64,000 nucleotides of DNA from the IMG/VR virus record IMGVR_UViG_3300032668_000017, positions 2,824-66,823 of that record; one strand, written 5' to 3'. Position 1 is the stretch's first letter; every line of letters begins with the position of its first letter. This DNA comes from a virus. Positions 48,001 through 56,311 of this stretch are shown here, one piece after another. The notes beneath the pieces are model-generated. The model ran no database searches and was not told the DNA's origin. It saw nothing but the letters and a program-made list of their open reading frames with translations. The position numbers and the translations under genes were made by a program.

Positions 48001-49122
48001 ATGCAAATGCTTTCATTCAAACAAGTAACGCAGTTAATAAAATCAGTAGGTCATAAAAGAACCATAATAGTAGAAGGAGAAAACGGGATCGGTAAGACTG
48101 GTCTGTTCTATCACCTAGCTAACGACCCCTTCTTTGCTAACCATGTTCATGTAGACCCAATCGACTGCACGCAGTTATCAGACGGCTCGGTGTGGATGCC
48201 TGACATTGACAGAGAGAAGGGTGTCAGTCGTGAGTTACCCAACGAGCGCTTCGGTGTTCACAAAGATAATCAGAAGGGTATCAACGGCTCTCGCCCCGCA
48301 CTTGTATTCTTAGACGAGATCGCAAAGGCTCGGCAGTATATCAAAGATGTGCTAGCCCCGATCGTGTATGAGCGTCGTGTTGGTAACTACCATATGCCCG
48401 AGGGTAGCGTAGTATTCTGTGCAACGAATTTAAGTGTAGAAGGTTTAGGTGATTCCATTCAAGCGCACTTGCGTAATCGTTTAGTGTTCGTCAAGATGCG
48501 TAAGCCTACGCAAACCGAGTGGCGTGAGTGGGCTATTGATCGTGGCTTAGCACCTGAGGTTATCGCATGGACTGACGAGTTAGGTCAGACATTGTTTGAT
48601 AGCTTCCTTGATTATCAGACTGGTGCTAAGTATGACGGACAGAAGATGGAAGCACACAATCAATACATCTTCAATCCATCTATTGCACAGACTTCATATG
48701 TCACACCACGCTCGCTTCATGCCGCTTCGGATATTGTGTATGCCAAAGATGGTATGGACAACGACACCTTGCTAGCCGCTTTATCAGGCACGATGGGTGA
48801 GGCTGGTGCAGAGGGACTCAAGGCTTTCATTCAGTTCGGTGAGCAGACTCAACCATTCCCACGCATTGTCGCTGAGCCTAAGACTTGTCCTGTGCCTGAC
48901 AATCCAGTAGCGCAGATCATTACAGTTCTCAAGTGCATTACACAAACCAACACCCGAGAGGAAGCTGATAGTGTTTGCGAATACATCTTGCGTATGCGTA
49001 AGGAGATGCAGTCTATGTTCTGTCACAACCTTGCACAATCATCAAGAGTATCTAACTTCGTGACTGTCAAGCCATTCCAAACCATGCTTCAAGATAACAA
49101 GATTTACTTCACAGGTAAGTGA
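48001..49122 (+). CDS. MoxR-like AAA+ ATPase
   Basis: Walker A GENGIGKT, Walker B LVFLDE, sensor ATN, LRNR and TPRS motifs. Confidence 0.85.
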   Translation: MQMLSFKQVTQLIKSVGHKRTIIVEGENGIGKTGLFYHLANDPFFANHVHVDPIDCTQLSDGSVWMPDIDREKGVSRELPNERFGVHKDNQKGINGSRPALVFLDEIAKARQYIKDVLAPIVYERRVGNYHMPEGSVVFCATNLSVEGLGDSIQAHLRNRLVFVKMRKPTQTEWREWAIDRGLAPEVIAWTDELGQTLFDSFLDYQTGAKYDGQKMEAHNQYIFNPSIAQTSYVTPRSLHAASDIVYAKDGMDNDTLLAALSGTMGEAGAEGLKAFIQFGEQTQPFPRIVAEPKTCPVPDNPVAQIITVLKCITQTNTREEADSVCEYILRMRKEMQSMFCHNLAQSSRVSNFVTVKPFQTMLQDNKIYFTGK

Positions 49123-49123
49123 C

Positions 49124-49291
49124 ATGAAGACAGAACAGTTCGAGGTAGGGTATTCAATATACCAAGTAGCTGATGGTGGCTTCAGAGTATGGAAGCTGGA
49201 CGAGAATGGTAAACGCACTAAGCAATTAAAAGGCGAGTATGAGTTCTATGCCAATGCGGTGTGCGCTTTGATAAGGGAGTTAACAAAATGA
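49124..49291 (+). CDS. Small hypothetical protein (55 aa)
   Basis: Translated by hand; stop overlaps ATG 49288. Confidence 0.5.
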   Translation: MKTEQFEVGYSIYQVADGGFRVWKLDENGKRTKQLKGEYEFYANAVCALIRELTK

Positions 49292-50499
49292 GTTCAACAT
49301 GGGAGAAGATGTCACTCAATGATCGTATCGTTGCGTGCCATGTAGATATTACTAATCACAAAGATTTCGCTACGCTATCGGGTGTAGTGTATGTAGGTGA
49401 TGTTAAGTTAGACGATGACATTGTGACTGCCGCTACTGATGGTCGTAATGTTTACTATGCGCCTAGCTTCATCGGCGATATGACTCGCAAGCAACTACGC
49501 TATCTAGTTCTACACGAGTCGTTACACAAAGCACTACACCATTGTTCAGCGTATCTTAGTCTGTGCAAGAAGTATCCAGCGCTATGCAACAAGGCTATGG
49601 ACTATGTAGTCAACGGCACGATAGAAGAAACCGACCCGACCTTTGCCTTTGTAGAACGACCAACCAAAGTAGCACCGCTTGTTGATGCTAAGTATCTAGG
49701 CTGGTCATTCGTCGAGGTGTTGCAAGACTTAATCAAGGAGTGCGAGGAGTCAGGCGGTGACCCTACTGCTGGCAACGGCGATGGTGCTGGTGCTGGTGAT
49801 TGTTTAGATGGGCATATCCTCGGTAAGCTAGCTGAAGCTCTCGAAGCCAAGACTGCACAAGAGATTACTGAAGCGTTGCATCAAGGCAAGATGTTAGCCA
49901 AGCGTATTCAAGATCGTGGCAATACTCGTAATGGTAGCGCGTTGGATAGGTTGACACAGAAGCGTGATACTAATTGGCGTGAGCATTTGCGTGAGTTCGT
50001 TACCCAGTTGTGTGAGGGTGATGACTATTCCCGCTTTGCCCCGCCTAACAAACGCTTACTACCTCAAGGCATACTCATGCCGTCGCACTTCTCTGAGTCC
50101 ACAGGCGAGCTTGTTGTTGCTTGTGATACATCGGGTTCCATGCACGGCTTGTATGCTACTGTGTTCGGTGAGATCGCACGCATCTGTGAGAATGTTAAGC
50201 CTGACCAAGTGCGTGTTCTGTGGTGGGAGTGTGAGATAGAAGGCGAGCAGATATTCAAACCTCAAGACTTCCATCGCATACCCGAGCTACTACAACCGCA
50301 AGGTGGTGGTGGCACACGACTGACTTGTGTAAGCGAATACTTTACAGCGCACAAACTAAAACCCAAAGCCTGTATCGTATTGTCTGACGGCTACATAGAA
50401 TCAGACTACATACTACCCGACTGCCCTATCCTGTTCGGTGTAGTAGACAACGATAACTTCGTTAGCAACAAGGGCAAGACTGTCCGTATCTATTCATAA
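49288..50499 (+). CDS. Metallopeptidase-like plus VWA domain protein (DUF2201-like)
   Basis: TAATDG, HESLH (HExxH), MIDAS DTSGS, GGGGT and LSDG motifs. Confidence 0.85.
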   Translation: MSSTWEKMSLNDRIVACHVDITNHKDFATLSGVVYVGDVKLDDDIVTAATDGRNVYYAPSFIGDMTRKQLRYLVLHESLHKALHHCSAYLSLCKKYPALCNKAMDYVVNGTIEETDPTFAFVERPTKVAPLVDAKYLGWSFVEVLQDLIKECEESGGDPTAGNGDGAGAGDCLDGHILGKLAEALEAKTAQEITEALHQGKMLAKRIQDRGNTRNGSALDRLTQKRDTNWREHLREFVTQLCEGDDYSRFAPPNKRLLPQGILMPSHFSESTGELVVACDTSGSMHGLYATVFGEIARICENVKPDQVRVLWWECEIEGEQIFKPQDFHRIPELLQPQGGGGTRLTCVSEYFTAHKLKPKACIVLSDGYIESDYILPDCPILFGVVDNDNFVSNKGKTVRIYS

Positions 50500-50518
50500 A
50501 CAACAAAGGAGAATTACT

Positions 50519-51391
50519 ATGACACGCTTTAACATTGATACCTGTGCTATGTTGGTAGAAGTAAATGTTCGCCAATGGACTGCACGCAAACTAGATAGAA
50601 GCACAACCGATGAAGTGTTAGCCAGCAAGCAAGCTGGTAGTAAAGGTGCGGCTCGGGTCAACAAGAACCTGTTGGCTGGTCGCCCTGAGTTAGAAACAAT
50701 CAACCAATGTGTAGGTGAGATTCGCACCTATGTCTACGATGTTACTTTGCCTTGGTCTGATAGTGGCTTAAGACTGTTGACTACCGCTAAGTTCATGGAG
50801 TTCAACCAGCGTATGCAAGAGTATGAGGATAAGTTCAATGCACTTGTTGACGACTTCGTTAACACCTATCCTACTCTGATTACTGCACAAGCTATGGCGC
50901 TAGGTGATATGTTCAACCGCACCGAGTATCCAACACCTGACGACATCAAACACCGCTTCGACTTCCGAGTTAACTATATGCCTGTGCCAACCTCAGGCGA
51001 CTTCCGAGTTGATGTGGGTAATGATGCACAAGCAGAGCTACAAAAGAAGTTAGCAAAGCTAGCTGATGAGCGTATCGAAAACGCTATGGGTGACATCAAG
51101 ACCCGACTCAAGGATCACCTCAAGCGTATGTCAGACAGACTGACTGTGGACTATACAGGTCACAAGGCGCAACCTCGTATGTTCCATGCGTCGTTATTAG
51201 ATACGGCACAAGAGCTATGCTCACTAGCCAAAGACCTCAACATCACACAAGACAAGGAGTTAGAAAATGCACGCATCGCCTTGCACCAAGCTATCAATGG
51301 TCTGGAAGTTGACGACCTACGCAAAGACCTCGACACCCGCCAAGCGGTCAAGAAAGATGTTGATAGCATCTTGGACAAATTCAACTTCTAA
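50519..51391 (+). CDS. Conserved helical phage protein (DUF3150-like)
   Basis: WTARKLD...TLPW...G.RLL...EYP pattern; follows the AAA/VWA pair. Confidence 0.6.
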   Translation: MTRFNIDTCAMLVEVNVRQWTARKLDRSTTDEVLASKQAGSKGAARVNKNLLAGRPELETINQCVGEIRTYVYDVTLPWSDSGLRLLTTAKFMEFNQRMQEYEDKFNALVDDFVNTYPTLITAQAMALGDMFNRTEYPTPDDIKHRFDFRVNYMPVPTSGDFRVDVGNDAQAELQKKLAKLADERIENAMGDIKTRLKDHLKRMSDRLTVDYTGHKAQPRMFHASLLDTAQELCSLAKDLNITQDKELENARIALHQAINGLEVDDLRKDLDTRQAVKKDVDSILDKFNF

Positions 51392-51405
51392 AAGGAAACA
51401 TACAA

Positions 51406-51648
51406 ATGAACGCAGTCATTACAGTAAGCAACAGTAGAGCTTTAATCAAAATGTCCCCACCCATGACAAGACATGGGCAACCAGTGTCAAGAGCTATGCT
51501 GAGGGGGGTCATGACCGATGACATCATCGAGGCTTTGCAAAAACATAACCAAGCAAAAACAAAAGCGCTCATCGAACAGATGGGTAACAAGTGGCTATGC
51601 CACGCTGATAATTTTATTAAACGCAAAGACGGAAAGGTCTACAAATGA
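51406..51648 (+). CDS. Hypothetical protein
   Basis: AAAGGA SD. Confidence 0.55.
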   Translation: MNAVITVSNSRALIKMSPPMTRHGQPVSRAMLRGVMTDDIIEALQKHNQAKTKALIEQMGNKWLCHADNFIKRKDGKVYK

Positions 51649-51857
51649 ATCAAGAAACTAACGCACCACTCAAACATGAAAAGGATATGTTCAAATGCTA
51701 CGAAGTGAAGGGAGTTCTTTATGTCCCCACCTACAACGAAGCTGGAATCTACATCGGCCCATGCGGAAAGAAATACATAGAAAGAGACCTTACTATGGCT
51801 GGTGCAAGAGTAGTAAAAGAATCCCTGTATGTAACAAGAGCAAGGAAAGGTGATTGA
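51645..51857 (+). CDS. Hypothetical protein
   Basis: ATGA overlap with upstream gene. Confidence 0.55.
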   Translation: MNQETNAPLKHEKDMFKCYEVKGVLYVPTYNEAGIYIGPCGKKYIERDLTMAGARVVKESLYVTRARKGD

Positions 51858-52022
51858 AGTATAAGGTGGTAGATGAAACAGGCATGGCAATACGCTTGTT
51901 TCATTCCCTAGATGAAGCCGAGAAGTTTTTACAGGAGGGGTGGAAGATTGTGCGATTGCCCAAGAAACCCAAAGTAAATCTGTATGAACTTCTTGGTGAA
52001 TGTTTGATGTGAAAGGAAAGTA

Positions 52023-52232
52023 GTGTCAGAAATAACAGTAACCCACGCCGAGATACGCAAGGCTCATGAAAAACTTATGGAGAGAAAGTATTGTTCTTCA
52101 TGTCATGCGTATAAAATGATAGACGGCGGTAAAGATGTGCCGTATGCAAACGGCAAAAGAACTCGGTGGCAATGCCTTAATTGCCACAAAAAGATAAGTG
52201 AACGGAAGTATCAATCTAAAAAGGAGAAGTAA
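52023..52232 (+). CDS. Zinc-ribbon protein
   Basis: CSSC...CLNC; GTG start with GAAAGGA SD. Confidence 0.6.
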   Translation: MSEITVTHAEIRKAHEKLMERKYCSSCHAYKMIDGGKDVPYANGKRTRWQCLNCHKKISERKYQSKKEK

Positions 52233-52233
52233 A

Positions 52234-52503
52234 ATGTTACAAGAATTAAATCTGTGGGAATTAAGTTGTGAAATTGAAACTGTTAGCTACAAGTTAGATA
52301 GCGTTAAAAATGTGGTAGAGATTCTAGCTGAGCGTGAGATTCACGAGCCCGAGAGCGGTGCGTTGTGGGCGGTGCTTGAGATGCTAGAAGTTCAAACACA
52401 AAAGCTCGAGGCATTGGCGGGTGAAGCTATGAATTTGCACAGAGAAACCTTACCTAAAGAAAAACCAGCGCCAGCACCAGCCAAAAAGGAGAAGAAGAAA
52501 TGA
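52234..52503 (+). CDS. Hypothetical helical protein
   Basis: AAAGGAGAAGT SD region before ATG 52234. Confidence 0.65.
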   Translation: MLQELNLWELSCEIETVSYKLDSVKNVVEILAEREIHEPESGALWAVLEMLEVQTQKLEALAGEAMNLHRETLPKEKPAPAPAKKEKKK

Positions 52504-52808
52504 TTAGATGGTTATGGAATAAGATGATGCAGTGGGGCTGGGACTTTAATCGTAAGGAAGTGGTTGAATTAAGGCATAGAGATAGTTGGGATGGCGTTGT
52601 GTTAGAACACAGTATCCCTAGCATGGATGGGTTCAGAATGTCAGTAGCCGATGCAGTTAATGGCAAAGTCATTCAGATCAGCAAGCCTATCCTTAACAAC
52701 AAAGGGCACAACACAGGCGACAGAGAAGCAGAGATATATGTCGTTGCAGAGGGGCAGTCTTTGATGGATGTTGTTAACACGATACTTACTTTGGAGGATG
52801 CAAAATGA
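52500..52808 (+). CDS. Hypothetical protein
   Basis: Translationally coupled ORF. Confidence 0.6.
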   Translation: MIRWLWNKMMQWGWDFNRKEVVELRHRDSWDGVVLEHSIPSMDGFRMSVADAVNGKVIQISKPILNNKGHNTGDREAEIYVVAEGQSLMDVVNTILTLEDAK

Positions 52809-53101
52809 GAGATGATTGCGGCGGGGAGCCAATCCCTTTCGTTGGCTGGATTCAATATAGCGATGACACAGTTCACAAAGCTATTACCAAACCCGATATG
52901 GTAAATCACCCCAAGCATTACACCTCGCACCCTAGCGGGGTTGAGTGCATAGAAATCACAAGGCACATGGGGTATAACTTAGGTAATGCCGTCAAGTATA
53001 TTTGGCGGTGCGACTTGAAGAAGGAAGCAGTAGAGGACTTAGAGAAGGCGGTATTTTATTTGCAAGACGAAATCAAAATGAGAAAGGCAAAGAAATGTTA
53101 G
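52805..53101 (+). CDS. DUF3310 (SaV-like) protein
   Basis: DMVNHPKHY...ECIE...GNAVKYIWR...EDLEKAVFYL. Confidence 0.85.
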   Translation: MRDDCGGEPIPFVGWIQYSDDTVHKAITKPDMVNHPKHYTSHPSGVECIEITRHMGYNLGNAVKYIWRCDLKKEAVEDLEKAVFYLQDEIKMRKAKKC

Positions 53102-53258
53102 AAGAAGATATCAAACGAGTAGCAGACGAGATGGATGCGCTTGGCTACAAGAAAGCGGCAAACATTATCCTAAGACAACAAGAGGAGATCAAACTATTGC
53201 AAGAGCAGTTCGATAGGGCGATTGAGTTTCTAGCTAAGGCAAACAACTGGAGCAAACA

Positions 53259-53456
53259 ATGATGGAGATGGTGGCATTATTCGTGGGTTACTTTTTCTAT
53301 GAAGCTGGCGCCCCTGACTGGTGGTGGGTAGGTTACTGGATTATCTTGGGTCTGTATGCAAGAAAACAATTAAGCGACTACAGAAAAGAAATGATAGCCA
53401 AGATGGAGAAAGAAGTTGAAGAACAACGCATTTACTGGGAAGGGAAAGAGAAATGA
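53259..53456 (+). CDS. Small membrane protein
   Basis: Hydrophobic N-terminal half. Confidence 0.55.
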   Translation: MMEMVALFVGYFFYEAGAPDWWWVGYWIILGLYARKQLSDYRKEMIAKMEKEVEEQRIYWEGKEK

Positions 53457-53923
53457 AATATGTAATGTGGTTCCTGTTTGGGGTTCTAGCGACCCTTGCC
53501 TACCAAAAAGTATATGCTTGCGAACAACAGACTTTTATCCTTGACGGCAGAGTTGTAGTATGCTCTAGTTGCGGTGGCGTAACTGTTTGTAATTAAGGAA
53601 AGAACATGACAGAACTAAGCAGAGCAGAAGTAGTAGAAATAGCCCTAGAAGCCAACTTTGGTAAGCATGAAGTAATGAAGGATATTACTAAGTTCGAGCG
53701 TTTTGCTAGGCTGGTTGTGCGAGCAGCTAAGGAAAAGGAAGACGAGTTTGATATGGATGGAAGATGCTAATGATTGAATCTCTAGTAAAGCCCACTACCC
53801 TAGACAATGATATTGCGGTAATGAAAATCCTACAACTGATGGGGCAACTCACACCCAACGATATCCAGTATGTATTAAATGTAGCTCGTCAAGTGCATGA
53901 AGCAGTCAACATAGGAGAAAAAC

Positions 53924-54106
53924 ATGAGTGAACACGACGGCGGTAAGGGCGATGTGCCACGCCCATTAGGTGTAACAATGGAAGAGTTTGACAAGAACTT
54001 TGACAGAATCTTTAAAAAGGAAAAAGACGGCAGTCTGACAGTAAATGTAGATGCCGAGCAAGGTGAGGCGGAAGTTACCATAAACAAAACTTGGGAGATT
54101 GAATGA
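53924..54106 (+). CDS. Hypothetical protein
   Basis: DGGKGD.PRP...FDKNFDRIF; AGGAG SD. Confidence 0.6.
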   Translation: MSEHDGGKGDVPRPLGVTMEEFDKNFDRIFKKEKDGSLTVNVDAEQGEAEVTINKTWEIE

Positions 54107-54324
54107 GGAACTGCCCTGAGTGCGGAGCCAAGTTAAAGACTACACAAACTCGTCAAGCAAGTCAGCACCCTGACTGGGTGCGTAGAAGGCGGGTATGTGT
54201 AGCCGACTGTGGCTTCCGTATCACAACAATAGAAATATCCATGTCAGATTTAACACTTGAACAACAAGGAGAAGCAGATGGACTCGAAGGAAATACTGAA
54301 AGCGATAGACCCGAAGGGGGCTGA
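54103..54324 (+). CDS. NrdR/Ogr-like zinc-ribbon protein
   Basis: CPEC...RRRRVC..DCGFRITTIE. Confidence 0.7.
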   Translation: MRNCPECGAKLKTTQTRQASQHPDWVRRRRVCVADCGFRITTIEISMSDLTLEQQGEADGLEGNTESDRPEGG

Positions 54325-54697
54325 GATTGAAAAGCTACAAAGAGAAATACAAGTAGCTAAACAAAGATATGAAATGGTATCCACAGAACTCAACAAAGCA
54401 AACGAGGATAAACGAAAGCTACGCTGGCTTAAAGAGCATGGGATTTTATTGGAAACCCCCGATGGTATGCGCTACTTGAAAGAGGAAGAGTTTGATGAGT
54501 TCCTTAGCAACTTGCCTGACTTCGGCGGGATTACAAAACGGCTCGCAGAATCAATGCAACGAACTAAAGAAGCGGTAGCTGGCAAAATACTCAATAAAAT
54601 ATTTGAGGAAGAATACACCGAGCAATCAGAACAATTAGCAAAGGAGTTACTAAATGGCACAGACACCGGAAAAAAAGGTAAAAGACGCAGTAACTAA
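54278..54697 (+). CDS. Hypothetical coiled-coil protein
   Basis: AAGGAG SD before MDSKEIL. Confidence 0.55.
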   Translation: MDSKEILKAIDPKGAEIEKLQREIQVAKQRYEMVSTELNKANEDKRKLRWLKEHGILLETPDGMRYLKEEEFDEFLSNLPDFGGITKRLAESMQRTKEAVAGKILNKIFEEEYTEQSEQLAKELLNGTDTGKKGKRRSN

Positions 54698-54977
54698 AAT
54701 CCTTAAACAGTTTGGCGCCTACTATTTCTATCCTGTAATGGGCGGTTATGGTCGTTCGGGTATACCTGACATTATCGCTTGTTACAAAGGCCGGTTTATT
54801 GCGATAGAATGTAAGGCTGGTAAGAACACACTAACCGCACTACAAGAAGCAGAACTAAAGAAGATTGAAGAGGCAAAAGGTTATGTGCTGGTGGTCAACG
54901 AAGAAAACATCGACTTCGTAGATGGCGCTTTGCAAACGATGGAATGGATTGAACAACACAACGAAAGAAACGAATGA
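54654..54977 (+). CDS. VRR-NUC domain nuclease
   Basis: TPEKKVK...GIPDI...IECKA...Q motif. Confidence 0.85.
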   Translation: MAQTPEKKVKDAVTKILKQFGAYYFYPVMGGYGRSGIPDIIACYKGRFIAIECKAGKNTLTALQEAELKKIEEAKGYVLVVNEENIDFVDGALQTMEWIEQHNERNE

Positions 54978-55210
54978 CTGATAAGACTACAGTAGATAGC
55001 GCACTAGAAGCCATTTACGACCTACTAGAAACCGCCGCAGATGATCCAAGTATTTCCGTAGTATTAGTAGTAGCCAACAGCGAAACAAGTAGCGTTAAAG
55101 TATGTGGGCTAAACATTGATGAGATGGAAGTTCCAATCCTGCTTACCGAAACTGCGGCTGAAATTGGGCATAGAGTATTAGAACAACTGGGCGACAGGAC
55201 TTTAAATTGA
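54974..55210 (+). CDS. Hypothetical protein
   Basis: Translationally coupled ORF. Confidence 0.6.
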   Translation: MTDKTTVDSALEAIYDLLETAADDPSISVVLVVANSETSSVKVCGLNIDEMEVPILLTETAAEIGHRVLEQLGDRTLN

Positions 55211-55716
55211 TGAACGCAAATGAAATAGCTGATAAATTAGAGCAAGGTCATTGGGAAGGTGGCACAAGAGAACAAGCAGCCACCATGCTACGCCAGCAAC
55301 AAGCTGAATACTATTCTTTACTTGTTAATCACGACAAACTTTATGCAAAAGTAGTAGAGCAACAAGCTGAAATTGAGGCGTTGAAAAACGGGTTTAATAC
55401 AACTTGGGCAGGAACTAATAATTCTGAAATGGCAGAAGTAAGAGCAATGGCTAATAGATGTATTTTAAAGATACAAGAATTAGAGTTTGAGCAAGAAGGA
55501 TTTGAGAATTTGGTTGAAATGCTAGAGTCAGAAAAAGAAGAGCTTGTAGAAAAAACACGCCAGCAACAAGCCGAAATTGAGGCGTTGAAAGCAAAGACAC
55601 TAACAGATGACGAGATTGCCGACTTGATTAAAGCAACCAACGATGAGATTGGCATGATAAATATACGCACTTTTGATTTTGTGAAAGTACTACTAAGAAA
55701 GGCACAAGAGAAATGA
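55210..55716 (+). CDS. Mosaic coiled-coil protein with RQQQAEIEALK repeats
   Basis: QQAE repeated three times; ends LRKAQEK. Confidence 0.65.
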   Translation: MNANEIADKLEQGHWEGGTREQAATMLRQQQAEYYSLLVNHDKLYAKVVEQQAEIEALKNGFNTTWAGTNNSEMAEVRAMANRCILKIQELEFEQEGFENLVEMLESEKEELVEKTRQQQAEIEALKAKTLTDDEIADLIKATNDEIGMINIRTFDFVKVLLRKAQEK

Positions 55717-56311
55717 AGCCCGTAATTAAAGAATATACGATTGAATTTGATACATCAGGCGGGTCATCTGTATTTGGTAGATTGATTCGTTTAGTTATTT
55801 TTCCGATTAAATATGTTTTGTTTGGCAAAGCCAGCATTTAAGAAAGGCACAAGAGAAATGAACAATGAACCAGTAGCGTGGATGATGGAAAACCCCCAAA
55901 ATACAAGTGCATATTTGACCTTTGAAAAACCCACAAGAGAAATGAAAATTAGTCATCAAGCTATTCCACTCTACACCCATCCAGCAAAGAACAATGGGGG
56001 AAATCCTGAAGAACTGAACACTAGGCAGATTCAAGATGCTCGAACATCGTTGGAAAGTACCCCACCTTTTGCTTATGCGGTAGTCAGTAAAGAATGTCCT
56101 GATGGCATGGAAAATATGTCATTGCAGTTCAATGAACCAGTAGAGGCTAAAAAAGTTATTCCGCTTTATGAACGACCAATAGATGTAACAGATGAAGAAA
56201 TACTTGAAATTATTGAACAAGTCAGCGAAGAGCAAAGATTGGTATGGCTTGGTGATAAAGTAATTTTTCCATTTGCTAGAGCAATACTAAGAAAGGCACA
56301 AGAGAAATGAA
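55694..56311 (+). repeat. 24-bp direct repeat TAAGAAAGGCACAAGAGAAATGAA x3
   Basis: Copies at 55694-55717, 55839-55862 and 56288-56311. Confidence 0.95.
55858..56310 (+). CDS. Hypothetical protein (EPVAW...IPLY family)
   Basis: Start lies within the repeat; ends LRKAQEK. Confidence 0.6.
   Translation: MNNEPVAWMMENPQNTSAYLTFEKPTREMKISHQAIPLYTHPAKNNGGNPEELNTRQIQDARTSLESTPPFAYAVVSKECPDGMENMSLQFNEPVEAKKVIPLYERPIDVTDEEILEIIEQVSEEQRLVWLGDKVIFPFARAILRKAQEK

Noticed and set aside
55694-56311. CRISPR-like mini-array (24-bp repeats)
   Set aside because: Spacing is 145 and 449 bp, the repeats are non-palindromic, and the intervals are coding genes
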